A stretch of 64,000 nucleotides of DNA, taken from the NCBI GenBank assembly GCA_964529095.1, contig CAZGVK010000071.1, positions 3,607-67,606 on the forward strand, read 5' to 3'. Origin of the DNA: an uncultured Elusimicrobia bacterium (GTDB taxonomy: Bacteria > Elusimicrobiota > Elusimicrobia > UBA1565 > UBA9628). Below, one piece after another: positions 32,159 to 41,668 of the stretch (position 1 is its first letter; each line of letters opens with the position of its first letter). The notes under the pieces were generated by a model. The model was not told where the DNA came from. It saw nothing but the letters and a program-made list of their open reading frames with translations, and did no database searches. The translations under genes were made by a program, and so were the position numbers.

Positions 32159-34867
32159 TTACGCCGCGATTTGAGTCTTGCTCGTGCCGGCGATCATTTG
32201 ACCCAGGACATAGCGAAGCACGCCGCCGTAGCGGTGGTACTCAAGTTCAATAGAGGTGTCGATGCGGCAAAGAACCTTAAACTCGAATGTCTTGCCGGCG
32301 TCGGTCGTCGCGCGCACGGCGATCGGGCTGCGCGGTTTGAGCCCAGCGAGGCCGATGATGTCGAAGATCTCGTAGCCGGTCAGGCCGAGGCTTTGAGCGG
32401 ACTCGCCCTCCAGAAACTGCAGCGGAAGCACGCCCATGCCGACCAGGTTCGATCGGTGGATGCGCTCAAAGCTTGAGGCGATTACGGCCCTCACGCCTTG
32501 GAGGGCCGGACCCTTCGCGGCCCAGTCGCGGCTGGAGCCGGTGCCGTACTCCTTGCCCGCGATGACGATCAACGGCGTCTTTTCCGCCTGGTACTTTATC
32601 GCCGCGTCGAAGATCGCCATTTGTTCTTTGGTGGGGATGTGCACGGTGTAGCCGCCGGTCACGTCCTTGAGCATCAAGTTCTTGATGCGAATATTGGCGA
32701 AGGTGCCGCGCATCATAACCTCATGATTACCGCGGCGCGCGCCATAGCTGTTGAAGTCCGCGACGCCGACCCCGTTTTTCATCAGGTATTTTGCCGCCGG
32801 GGAATCCTTCGCGATATTGCCGGCAGGCGAGATATGATCGGTCGTGATGGAATCTCCAAACACGGCCAAGACGCGCGCATTCTTGATGTCATTGAGGGCC
32901 CGCGGCTGAAGAGAAAGGTCCTCGAAATACGGAGGGAGGCGCACATAGGTTGACTGCGGATCCCAAGAGTACAGCTCGCTGGCCGGCGCATCGAGGGACT
33001 GCCAATTCTTATCGCCGGAGAACGCGGCGCTGTAACGCCTGAGGAAGATCGAGCGTGTTACGGTTTTCTCGACGACAGCCGAAACTTCTTCGTTCGTGGG
33101 CCAAATATCTCTTAGATAAACCGGCTTATTATTGGCGGTTCCAATCGGATCCGTCGTGAGATCGAGATCGACCGTGCCCGCCAAGGCGTAAGCGACCACC
33201 AGCGGCGGGGACGCGAGATAGTTGGCCTTCACCAGCGGGTTGATGCGACCCTCGAAGTTTCGGTTGCCTGAGAGCACGGCCGCAACGATGAGATTATTCT
33301 CGGAAACAGCCTTAGCCACGTCTTCCGGAAGAGGCCCGGAATTACCGATGCATGTCGTGCAGCCGTAGCCGACAAGGTGGAACTTGAGCGCTTCCAGGGG
33401 CTCGACGAGACCGGCGGACTGGAGGTAATCCATGACAACCTGAGAACCCGGCGCCAAGGAGGTCTTCACCCAGGGCTTCACGGATAAGCCGAGGGCAACG
33501 GCCTTCTTCGCGAGAAGGCCGGCGGCAATAAGCGCCGCCGGGTTCGAGGTATTGGTGCAGGAGGTAATGGCTGCGATTGCCACTGCGCCGTGGCCTATTT
33601 TATAGCTCTTGATCGCGATCTCAGCGTCGGCGGAAATGGGCAGATTCCCCTTCTTGTCTTTTTCCTTGAGAAAAGACGGGAGATCGAGGGCAAGCCACTG
33701 TTTTTTAACCACGCCCAGCTCAATAAGGTCTTGCGGGCGTTTGGGCCCGGCCAAGCAGGGCTTGACCGAGGATAGATCCAAAGCCACCACATCGGTGAAT
33801 GAAGGTTCGATCGCATCGTTATGGATAAAGCCCTGCGCCTTGCAGTAAGCCTCAACAAGGGCGATGTCTTTTTCAGGGCGACCGGAGACGCGCAAATAGT
33901 CGAGCGTGCGTGAATCCACGGGAAAGAAGGCGATGGTAGCACCGTATTCGGGCGCCATGTTGGCGACAGTGGCTCGGTCGGCCAAGGAGAGTTCAGCAAC
34001 GCCGGGTCCGAAAAATTCGACAAACTTGCCGACGACGCCCTTCTTGCGGAGCAGAGCGGTGACGGTGAGGACTAAATCGGTGGCGGTGGCGCCTTCCGGA
34101 AGATGGCCTGAGAGACGCATCCCTACGACCTCGGGGATGAGCATCGGCAAAGCTTGGCCGAGCATCGCGGCCTCAGCTTCGATGCCGCCGACCCCCCAGC
34201 CGACGACGCCGAGGCCATTGATCATCGTGGTGTGCGAATCAGTTCCGATTGTGGTATCGGGATAGGCAAGACCATCCTTGGTCCAGATGACTTTCGCAAG
34301 ATACTCGAGATTCACCTGGTGGACGATGCCGGTTTCCGGAGGGACGACCCTGAAATGAGAAAACGCCTTCTGTCCCCATTTCAGGAACGAATAACGTTCG
34401 CGATTCCGGGAGAATTCGATCGCCGAGTTTTTCTCGAAGGCATCCGGCGTTCCGAAAAAATCCACTTGCACGGAGTGGTCCACGACAAGGTCCACGGGCT
34501 GGAATGGGTTGATGCGTTTGGCGTCGCCGCCGAGTTTCCTGAGCGCGTCGCGCATGGCGGCCAAGTCGACGATGGCGGGCACGCCGGTGAAGTCCTGCAT
34601 TACGATACGAGCGGGCATGAAAAAAACTTCCCGCTCAACGGGCTTCAATCCGATCGTCTTCGCGACCGCCGCGATGTCCTCCTTTGTGACGACCTTGCCA
34701 TCTTCGTTCCGCAGGAGATTTTCAAGGAATATCTTCATCGAGAACGGCATTCTCGTAAGATTAAAGCCGTAGGCAAGAAGAGCGTTAAGGCTGAAATATT
34801 CGTATTTTTCAGATCCAACGACGAGTGTTTTAAGAGCCTTAAAACTGTCGAGGGAGGCGTTTTTCAT
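32159..34867 (-). CDS. acnA: Aconitate hydratase A
   Basis: 902 aa with aconitase family motifs throughout, including the Fe-S cluster Cys ligands in CTNTSN and a swivel domain. Confidence 0.92.
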   Translation of the reverse strand: MKNASLDSFKALKTLVVGSEKYEYFSLNALLAYGFNLTRMPFSMKIFLENLLRNEDGKVVTKEDIAAVAKTIGLKPVEREVFFMPARIVMQDFTGVPAIVDLAAMRDALRKLGGDAKRINPFQPVDLVVDHSVQVDFFGTPDAFEKNSAIEFSRNRERYSFLKWGQKAFSHFRVVPPETGIVHQVNLEYLAKVIWTKDGLAYPDTTIGTDSHTTMINGLGVVGWGVGGIEAEAAMLGQALPMLIPEVVGMRLSGHLPEGATATDLVLTVTALLRKKGVVGKFVEFFGPGVAELSLADRATVANMAPEYGATIAFFPVDSRTLDYLRVSGRPEKDIALVEAYCKAQGFIHNDAIEPSFTDVVALDLSSVKPCLAGPKRPQDLIELGVVKKQWLALDLPSFLKEKDKKGNLPISADAEIAIKSYKIGHGAVAIAAITSCTNTSNPAALIAAGLLAKKAVALGLSVKPWVKTSLAPGSQVVMDYLQSAGLVEPLEALKFHLVGYGCTTCIGNSGPLPEDVAKAVSENNLIVAAVLSGNRNFEGRINPLVKANYLASPPLVVAYALAGTVDLDLTTDPIGTANNKPVYLRDIWPTNEEVSAVVEKTVTRSIFLRRYSAAFSGDKNWQSLDAPASELYSWDPQSTYVRLPPYFEDLSLQPRALNDIKNARVLAVFGDSITTDHISPAGNIAKDSPAAKYLMKNGVGVADFNSYGARRGNHEVMMRGTFANIRIKNLMLKDVTGGYTVHIPTKEQMAIFDAAIKYQAEKTPLIVIAGKEYGTGSSRDWAAKGPALQGVRAVIASSFERIHRSNLVGMGVLPLQFLEGESAQSLGLTGYEIFDIIGLAGLKPRSPIAVRATTDAGKTFEFKVLCRIDTSIELEYHRYGGVLRYVLGQMIAGTSKTQIAA

Positions 34868-34979
34868 TAGGGCGAACTCCTAGCAGGACGACAATTTCGT
34901 CATCGTATCATTTTCTCCTTGCTTGGCCGCGAACCAGAAAACTCTTGACGGATAAAGTTTCACGCTTTACACTGCAATC

Positions 34980-35303
34980 ATGGCGAAAACAAAGACCTCC
35001 GTGAAGTTGAAAAAGTCTCAAAAAGGCGCGACTGAACATCGTCCTAATACGCATGAGGACAACGCCGCTGAGCGGATTATGGAAACGGTTCTCAAGGAGC
35101 AAAGTATTGAGGCCGCAACCGAGCGCCTCGACTGGTGGGTGGGCATCGCCTGCCCGCATTGTGGCGAGAACACCGATCTTCATGTGATCGCCGATATGGA
35201 TGGGCAATCCATCGACCAGGACTGCACGGTCTGCTGCCGCGCCTTTATCGCGCATATCGAAATCGATGAGGGTGAAGCGCATGTCGGCGTTGACGCCGCC
35301 TAG
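34980..35303 (+). CDS. CPXCG-motif cysteine-rich small protein with Lys-rich N-terminal extension
   Basis: The C-terminal CPHCGENTDL...DCTVCCRAF matches the CPxCG...DCxVCCRP signature of the CPXCG family. Confidence 0.5.
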   Translation: MAKTKTSVKLKKSQKGATEHRPNTHEDNAAERIMETVLKEQSIEAATERLDWWVGIACPHCGENTDLHVIADMDGQSIDQDCTVCCRAFIAHIEIDEGEAHVGVDAA

Positions 35304-35374
35304 GCGCTCAGGACTTTTCCTCAACTCCGAGCGGGCGCCTTCCGGCGCAAGCTCGTTGGCCTCTGTCTAAAATC

Positions 35375-35458
35375 ATGGGCAGGGCGGGGTTCGAACCCGC
35401 ATGACCTTGCGGCCGGGAGATTTTAAGTCTCCAGCGTCTGCCAGTTTCGCCACCTGCC
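35375..35458 (-). tRNA. tRNA-Leu (anticodon UAA)
   Basis: Cloverleaf read from the reverse complement: acceptor GGGCAGG/CCTGCCC, anticodon loop CUUAAAA, long class II variable arm, T-loop TTCGAAC. CCA is not encoded. Confidence 0.8.
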
Positions 35459-35538
35459 CGCCGATCCATGATAGCAATTAGCGTCCGGCTCGCCCGCTTC
35501 AACGCGAGATGCTGTGTCGCGACAAGTTTACCGCCGTT

Positions 35539-35943
35539 TTATGATCCTTCTTTTTTCGGCCGGAGGGTCCGGATTTGGCTGCGCGTATTTGCTATCGCTC
35601 TCCGCAGACGGCTTCTTTCCTCATGGTTTCGCGCGCGCAGCGCCCCGCGCTCCCGCCGCGACTTCTCGTGAACATCAATTATGGCTAAGTGCATGGTCTC
35701 CGCCTGGGCTGCGGAGGCCTTCACCATCTTTAGATCTGATTTCTCCCGTTCAAGGATCAGAACGAGTTCCTTGTGTTGCTCGACTTCCAACCGCTTGATC
35801 TTGCCTTTATCGGCATGCAAGACTTCGCGCAATTCACGGATAGCCGCCTTGTCCGTCCGCGCCGCCGACGCCGTTTCCCCGCTCGCGTATCCCTCAATGC
35901 AGAACATCGCCGCCAGTACCATTACACGTGTGTTAATGTTCAT
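35539..35943 (-). CDS. Secreted coiled-coil protein, hypothetical
   Basis: Signal peptide followed by a charged helical region. Confidence 0.35.
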   Translation of the reverse strand: MNINTRVMVLAAMFCIEGYASGETASAARTDKAAIRELREVLHADKGKIKRLEVEQHKELVLILEREKSDLKMVKASAAQAETMHLAIIDVHEKSRRERGALRARNHEERSRLRRAIANTRSQIRTLRPKKEGS

Positions 35944-36086
35944 ACTTTCCTCCTATGACTCCTCAATCATACGATTGACACCGTGTAAAAGTTGCATTCG
36001 CACTCTCTCTTGATTCCTAAAACAGTGTCGAGACATTCCACACGATATGCTCCTGCTCTTTTGCAGACGAAGCTCCTAGTCTTCCA

Positions 36087-38627
36087 GTGAAAAGCTATAA
36101 TCCCCCAGTGAAGACCGAGCACATCCCCTTCGCCGAGATCGAGAAAAAATGGCAGGACAGATGGGAGTCTGAAGGGGTTTTTCGAGCGCCGAAGACCCCG
36201 CGCCCGGGCAAAAAATTTTATTGCCTTGACATGTTCCCCTACCCCTCGGCGGCCGGCCTGCACGTCGGCCATCCTGAGGGCTATACCGCCAGCGACATCC
36301 TATGCCGCTATAAGCGTCTGCTGGACTTCGACGTCATGCATCCGATGGGCTGGGACGCCTTTGGCCTTCCCGCCGAGAACTTCGCCATTGCCACCGGCAC
36401 GCATCCCGCCCAAGTGACGCGCGCCAACATAGGCAACTTCAGGCGGCAGATCAAGGCGCTGGGTTTCTCCTATGATTGGGACCGTGAAGTAGACACCACG
36501 GATCCAAACTATTACCGCTGGACCCAGTGGATATTTTTGCAGCTCTATAATAGAGGCTTGGCTTATGAGAGCACGGCGCCCATCAATTTCTGCCCCTCCT
36601 GCAAGACCGGCCTGGCCAACGAGGAGGTGTTCAATGGCGCCTGCGAGCGTTGCGGCGCGGCTGTCGAGCGCAAGAATATCCGCCAGTGGGTTCTCAAAAT
36701 CACCGCCTACGCCGACCGCCTGGAGAGCGATCTCGCCGGCCTCGACTGGCCCGAGTCGACACTCGCGATGCAGCGGCATTGGATCGGACGCTCCGAGGGT
36801 GCGGAGGTGACGTTCAAGTCCGCAGGAGGCTCGGCGATCAATGTGTTCACCACCCGCCCGGACACATTGTTCGGGGCCACTTATCTGGTCCTGGCGCCCG
36901 AGCACCCTCTCGTCGACATGCTGACGACGGCGGATCAAAAGTCGGCCGTGTCCGCTTACGCCGCCGCAGCGGATAAGAAATCCGATCTCGAACGGACCGA
37001 GCTCCAGAAGGAAAAGATGGGGGTGTTTACCGGCGGTTTTGCGGTCAATCCCGTCAACGGAAAACGGGTCCCCGTCTACATCGCCGATTACATCTTGGGC
37101 GCCTACGGCACGGGCGCTATTATGGCGGTTCCAGCTCACGATGAGCGCGATCATGCATTCGCGGTCAAGTACGGCCTTGAGATACTGACCGTCGTCCAAG
37201 AACCGGAAGGCATTAGAACCCAAGAAGCAAAGGCGTTCACCGGGGAAGGAACGGCGATCAATTCCGAATTCCTCAACGGGCTCAAGACGCCTGAAGCCAA
37301 GAAGCGGATGATCGCTTGGCTGGAAGAGAATGGCCTGGGGGCCAAGCGGGTCAATTACAGGCTCCGTGATTGGATTTTTTCACGACAACGTTATTGGGGG
37401 GAACCCCTGCCAATTGTTCACTGCGCCAAGTGCGGCGTGGTGCCCGTGCCTGAAGAGCAGCTTCCGCTGCAGCTTCCGGAGGTCGCCAACTTTAAGCCGA
37501 CGGGAACCGGCCAATCGCCTTTGGCGAACGTCGCCGATTGGGTCAACACCGTTTGCCCGCGCTGCGCCGGAGGAGCGGCCCGCGAGACGAATACGATGCC
37601 GCAGTGGGCGGGCTCGTGCTGGTATTACTTGCGCTATATGGATCCCAAGAACGCGGCGGCCGCCTGGGACAAGGAACTTGAAGCTCTGTGGGGCCCGGTT
37701 GACTGCTATGTCGGAGGCGCTGAGCACGCGGTCCTGCACCTGCTCTATGCGCGCTTCTGGCATAAAGCCCTGTTTGATTTAGGGTTGGTCCATACGAAAG
37801 AGCCTTTTCAAAAATTGCGCCACCAAGGCATGATCCTTTCTTTTTCTTTTCGAGACACAAAGGGCGTCTACCACCATCCCGATGAGATCGAATACGACGC
37901 TCAAGGCAAGCCGGTTTTGGCGAAGACCGGCGAAACTCTTGAGTCTCAGATCGAGAAAATGTCGAAGGCCAAGAAAAATGTCGTCAATCCGGACGTCGTT
38001 ATTCAGCGCTACGGCGCGGATGCATTCCGGCTCTATGAAATGTTCATGGGGCCCTTTGAGCAGGCCAAGCCCTGGGATATGCGCAACATCGAGGGAGTCT
38101 ATCGCTTTCTTCGCCGGGCTTTTATATTGATCGCCGATCTCAAACAGCCTCCTTCCCGCGAAGCCGGTCTCCTCTCTTTGCGCCATCGCACGATCAAAAA
38201 AGTGGGGGAAGACATCGAATCGTTCGGATTCAATACGGCGATCTCAGCGCTCATGATTTACCTGAATACGATCCAGTCTGAATCGCTTCCGGCGAAGATC
38301 GATCTCGAGACTTTCCTCATTCTTCTCAATCCGTTCGCTCCCCACCTGACCGAGGAACTGTGGGAAAAGCTGGGCCACAAAGACATGCTTTGCCGCCAAA
38401 CCTGGCCATCTTGGGACGCTGAACATCTCGTGAATGCGCTGATCGAATATCCGGTCCAGATCAACGGGAAACTCCGGGCCACTTTCATGATCGCCGCTGA
38501 CACGGAAGAAGCCGGCATCAAAGACGCGGCGCTTGCTCAGGAGAAGGTGACCGCCGCCGTCAAGGGCAAGCAAATCGTCAAAATAATTTTTGTCCCTAAA
38601 AAGCTAATCAACCTGGTGGTCAAATGA
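36087..38627 (+). CDS. leuS: Leucyl-tRNA synthetase
   Basis: PYPSAAGLHVGHPEGYT HIGH region, KMSKS region, and bacterial LeuRS editing and zinc modules. 846 aa. Confidence 0.93.
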   Translation: MKSYNPPVKTEHIPFAEIEKKWQDRWESEGVFRAPKTPRPGKKFYCLDMFPYPSAAGLHVGHPEGYTASDILCRYKRLLDFDVMHPMGWDAFGLPAENFAIATGTHPAQVTRANIGNFRRQIKALGFSYDWDREVDTTDPNYYRWTQWIFLQLYNRGLAYESTAPINFCPSCKTGLANEEVFNGACERCGAAVERKNIRQWVLKITAYADRLESDLAGLDWPESTLAMQRHWIGRSEGAEVTFKSAGGSAINVFTTRPDTLFGATYLVLAPEHPLVDMLTTADQKSAVSAYAAAADKKSDLERTELQKEKMGVFTGGFAVNPVNGKRVPVYIADYILGAYGTGAIMAVPAHDERDHAFAVKYGLEILTVVQEPEGIRTQEAKAFTGEGTAINSEFLNGLKTPEAKKRMIAWLEENGLGAKRVNYRLRDWIFSRQRYWGEPLPIVHCAKCGVVPVPEEQLPLQLPEVANFKPTGTGQSPLANVADWVNTVCPRCAGGAARETNTMPQWAGSCWYYLRYMDPKNAAAAWDKELEALWGPVDCYVGGAEHAVLHLLYARFWHKALFDLGLVHTKEPFQKLRHQGMILSFSFRDTKGVYHHPDEIEYDAQGKPVLAKTGETLESQIEKMSKAKKNVVNPDVVIQRYGADAFRLYEMFMGPFEQAKPWDMRNIEGVYRFLRRAFILIADLKQPPSREAGLLSLRHRTIKKVGEDIESFGFNTAISALMIYLNTIQSESLPAKIDLETFLILLNPFAPHLTEELWEKLGHKDMLCRQTWPSWDAEHLVNALIEYPVQINGKLRATFMIAADTEEAGIKDAALAQEKVTAAVKGKQIVKIIFVPKKLINLVVK

Positions 38628-39238
38628 AACGCATAATCCCTCTTGCTCTCATGACGCTGGCGGCCGCCTGCAGCGCCGATGTCGCTTACAATCCCACCCC
38701 CCAACTGCTTCCCCGGCACGTCCAACGCCTGTCCCTGAGCCCCGTCGTCAATAAGACCCAGCAGTTCGGCCTCGAGGACAAGCTCTCTCTGCGCGTGCGT
38801 GATGAGTTTCTGCGTGATGGCCGTTATCCTCTGGTGCCCGAGCCCGAATCGCAGGGCCGCGTGCGGATTGCGATTGCGCGCTACATCCTGACCGCCGTGC
38901 AGTATGACTCAACACAAGCCGCAACCGCCTATAAATTACGCATCCTCGCCGATCTTCAGTTGATCGACAAAAGCTCAAATAACATCCTCTGGGAGGAGAA
39001 GAATCTGGAAGGCATCGTGTCCTTCCCGGCGCTGACTTTGCGCGGGGGATTGACGGAGGAGCAGGCGCGCGAGCAAATCTGGGACATTCTGGCGCGCAAC
39101 ATCGTCAAGCGTGTCGTCGAAGGCTTTGGCACCGTCACAGGCACGTCCGAGCGTCGCATCACCGGCTCGGCCCCGTCGACGCCGCCCTCGGTAACTCCTG
39201 AGACCCCGCTGAAGCCCGTCATTACTCACCCCTATTGA
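38624..39238 (+). CDS. lptE: LPS-assembly lipoprotein LptE-like
   Basis: Lipobox LAAAC signal. It sits between leuS and holA exactly as in E. coli. Similarity outside the lipobox was not verified. Confidence 0.55.
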   Translation: MKRIIPLALMTLAAACSADVAYNPTPQLLPRHVQRLSLSPVVNKTQQFGLEDKLSLRVRDEFLRDGRYPLVPEPESQGRVRIAIARYILTAVQYDSTQAATAYKLRILADLQLIDKSSNNILWEEKNLEGIVSFPALTLRGGLTEEQAREQIWDILARNIVKRVVEGFGTVTGTSERRITGSAPSTPPSVTPETPLKPVITHPY

Positions 39239-39242
39239 GGAG

Positions 39243-40259
39243 ATGGAACTCAGGCCCGGCGACCTCAGCGCGGAGTGGAAGGCCGGCAAGTTCCGGCCGG
39301 TCTACTATTTGTTCGGCGCGGAATCGGCGTCCAAGGCCGACGCGGTCCGCGAGCTGAAGGATTTATTCAAGCCCGGCGACTTCAACCTCCGTGAATTTTA
39401 CGGCGATCCGAATTCCGATTATGCGGAAATCATCAGCGAGGCTCTGACCTTGCCGGTGTTTGCGGACAAGAGGCTTGTGATAGTGCGCAGCCCGAAAATA
39501 CTTATTGCGGCCCGCGCGGCTTTCGTCGAGTACCTGCGCGCCCCCTCGGAGACGACGACGCTATTGCTCCTGTCGGAGGATCGCCGTCCGAACAAGAAAG
39601 ACGCGCTTGCCATCGCCGCCGGAGCTGTCGGCGCGACCTGTGTTTTCTCACCGCTGAGCGAGGAAGAAGCGGTGGAGCGTCTTTTGGCCTCGGCCAAGAG
39701 CGCAGGGAAAAATTTAGATCCGGCGGCCGCTGCCGCGTTGGTCGACCAGACGGGGACGGATTGGGGTATTTTGGCGGGCGAACTGGAAAAGGCGGTTTTG
39801 TTCGCCGGTGAAAATCAAGCGATCAGCCTGGAGGCGGTGTCGGCGAGCATGGGTTGTCTCCAAGCGGCCGATCCCTGGGCCTTTGAACGCATTGTTTCCG
39901 GACGCGACCTTAAGGCCTGCCTATCCTACCTGAGCTCGGCATTCTCGGGCGCCAAGCCCGGGGAGGTCGCGTTCCGCTCACTATCCCAGGCCCGCGCCGC
40001 CTACCTTAAGCAACTCAAGGCCAAGCGCATGCTGAAGGCCGGGATGTCTCCACGCGAGATCGAAACGAGGCTCCGTATTTTCTACGATCGCGATTTCTTC
40101 GCACGCGCCCAGCGCGTCTCCGAGCAACGCTTGCGCCGAGATCTGCAACGCCTGCTTGAGGTCGAGACCGGGCTCAAGTCAAAAGCCTGGCTCGACGCCA
40201 AGATCGAACTTGAGGCTGTCGTCGTCGGACTCTGCACGCCCAGCGCGCGGCTTTCTTAA
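39243..40259 (+). CDS. holA: DNA polymerase III delta subunit
   Basis: N-terminal PVYYLFGAES motif, 338 aa, conserved position after lptE. Confidence 0.8.
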   Translation: MELRPGDLSAEWKAGKFRPVYYLFGAESASKADAVRELKDLFKPGDFNLREFYGDPNSDYAEIISEALTLPVFADKRLVIVRSPKILIAARAAFVEYLRAPSETTTLLLLSEDRRPNKKDALAIAAGAVGATCVFSPLSEEEAVERLLASAKSAGKNLDPAAAAALVDQTGTDWGILAGELEKAVLFAGENQAISLEAVSASMGCLQAADPWAFERIVSGRDLKACLSYLSSAFSGAKPGEVAFRSLSQARAAYLKQLKAKRMLKAGMSPREIETRLRIFYDRDFFARAQRVSEQRLRRDLQRLLEVETGLKSKAWLDAKIELEAVVVGLCTPSARLS

Positions 40260-40273
40260 AATCGGGAAAAGCG

Positions 40274-40564
40274 CTATTTTGCGGCGGCGGTCAGACGGAC
40301 GACCTGGGCGGCCAGACGCGATTTTTTTCGCGCGGCGGCCTTCCAGTGGATTGCTCCGCTCTTAGCGGCCTTGTCGAGAGCGGAGGCGGCCTGTCCGGTG
40401 AGTGCGGACAGGCCCTTGATGTCGGCGCTCTTCGCTGCGTCCGTGACGGCGCGGACGGCGCGACGGACCGATTTCTTAATGCCCGCATTATAAATCGCAT
40501 GCTTCAAAGACTGCCGGTGAGCTTTGAGTCCCGACTTGTGACGCATCAGCTTCTTCTTTGCCAT
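40274..40564 (-). CDS. rpsT: 30S ribosomal protein S20
   Basis: MAKKKLMRHKSGLKAHRQSLKHA...LTAAAK is typical of S20. The start is placed at the internal Met. The track ORF adds 32 non-S20 residues. Confidence 0.85.
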   Translation of the reverse strand: MAKKKLMRHKSGLKAHRQSLKHAIYNAGIKKSVRRAVRAVTDAAKSADIKGLSALTGQAASALDKAAKSGAIHWKAAARKKSRLAAQVVRLTAAAK

Positions 40565-40618
40565 AGCAATTTTTAGCTTTTTAGGGCCGCAGCCGTCAAA
40601 TGCTAGACTGTAACTCTC

Positions 40619-41668
40619 GTGGCCAAGAAACGACTGACGAACACCAATATCGCGGGCCACAGCCTGTTGCCGACGCCGCGCGAAATCACCGCTCGCCTTC
40701 CGGCGACCGAACGCTGCCTTCAGACGGTTTCAGAGGGCCGACGCGCGGTTGGCGCGATACTCGACGGCAAGGACGAACGCCTGCTGATCGTCGTCGGACC
40801 CTGCTCAATTCACGATCCGAAGGCCGCTCTTGAGTACGCGCGGCGTCTGAAGCATTTGGCGGATAGGGTCGCAGACCGTTTTTTGATTTTCATGCGGGTC
40901 TACTTCGAGAAGCCGCGCACGACGATTGGCTGGAAGGGCTTAATCAACGATCCGGACATGAACGACTCCTTTCGCATCGAGGCCGGGCTCAAGCTGGCGC
41001 GCCTGCTCTTGGTCCAGATCACCGAGCTTGGCGTGCACGCGGCCTGCGAGGCCCTCGATCCGATCACGCCGCAGTATCTTTCAGACCTGGTCTCCTGGCA
41101 CGCGATCGGCGCGCGCACGATCGAGTCTCAGACCCATCGCGAGATGGCCAGCGGCCTCTCTTCTCCCGTCGGCTTCAAGAACGGCACCGACGGCAATATT
41201 CAGGTCGCCATCGACGCCATGCGCTCGGCGCTATCTTCGCATCACTTTCTCGGGGTCGACGCCGATGGGCGGACGTCGGTGTTTCGCACCAAGGGCAATC
41301 GCTGTGGGCATGTGGTGCTTCGCGGCGGCAAGATGCCGAACTATGACGAAAAGAGCGTGGCGCATTGCCGTGACGCATTGCTCGCGGCCGGCCTTCCCGG
41401 GCGAATGATGATCGACTGCAGCCACGGCAACTCAAACAAGGATCATCGCCGACAGCCCGCCGTCTTCGAGTCAATCCTCGCGCAGAGGCTGAAAGGCGAT
41501 AGCGGAATCATCGGAGCGATGATCGAGAGCAATTTAAAGGAAGGAAACCAACCCATCCCGCGGGATCTCAAGAAGCTAAAGTATGGGGTCTCGGTGACTG
41601 ATCAATGCCTCGATTGGGAGACAACCGAGAAGATGCTCCTCAATGCGTACCACCGTCAAGCCGCGTAG
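40619..41668 (+). CDS. aroG: 3-deoxy-7-phosphoheptulonate (DAHP) synthase, class I alpha (AroG/AroF type)
   Basis: LLPTP...ATE....V...R.A...L.G.DERLLIVVGPCSIHD aligns with the E. coli AroG N-terminus. KPRT and GVHAACE motifs are present. Confidence 0.88.
   Translation: MAKKRLTNTNIAGHSLLPTPREITARLPATERCLQTVSEGRRAVGAILDGKDERLLIVVGPCSIHDPKAALEYARRLKHLADRVADRFLIFMRVYFEKPRTTIGWKGLINDPDMNDSFRIEAGLKLARLLLVQITELGVHAACEALDPITPQYLSDLVSWHAIGARTIESQTHREMASGLSSPVGFKNGTDGNIQVAIDAMRSALSSHHFLGVDADGRTSVFRTKGNRCGHVVLRGGKMPNYDEKSVAHCRDALLAAGLPGRMMIDCSHGNSNKDHRRQPAVFESILAQRLKGDSGIIGAMIESNLKEGNQPIPRDLKKLKYGVSVTDQCLDWETTEKMLLNAYHRQAA

Noticed and set aside
35480-35540. Hairpin CCGGACCCTCCGG next to a T6 run near the tRNA-Leu / coiled-coil gene boundary as a terminator
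   Set aside because: The T-tract precedes rather than follows the stem on the plus strand, and on the minus strand an A-tract follows. It is not a convincing intrinsic terminator in either orientation.
36300-37223. 307-aa minus-strand ORF overlapping leuS (and 34154..34870 + over acnA, 56971..57513 - over int, 60559..61446 + over the DUF3800 gene)
   Set aside because: All lie antisense to genes with strong family signatures. They are interpreted as high-GC ORF artefacts. The 60559..61446 ORF also begins inside a terminator hairpin.
40274-40660. 128-aa version of rpsT ORF
   Set aside because: S20 similarity begins at the internal MAKKKL. The 32-residue extension would run into the aroG promoter region.
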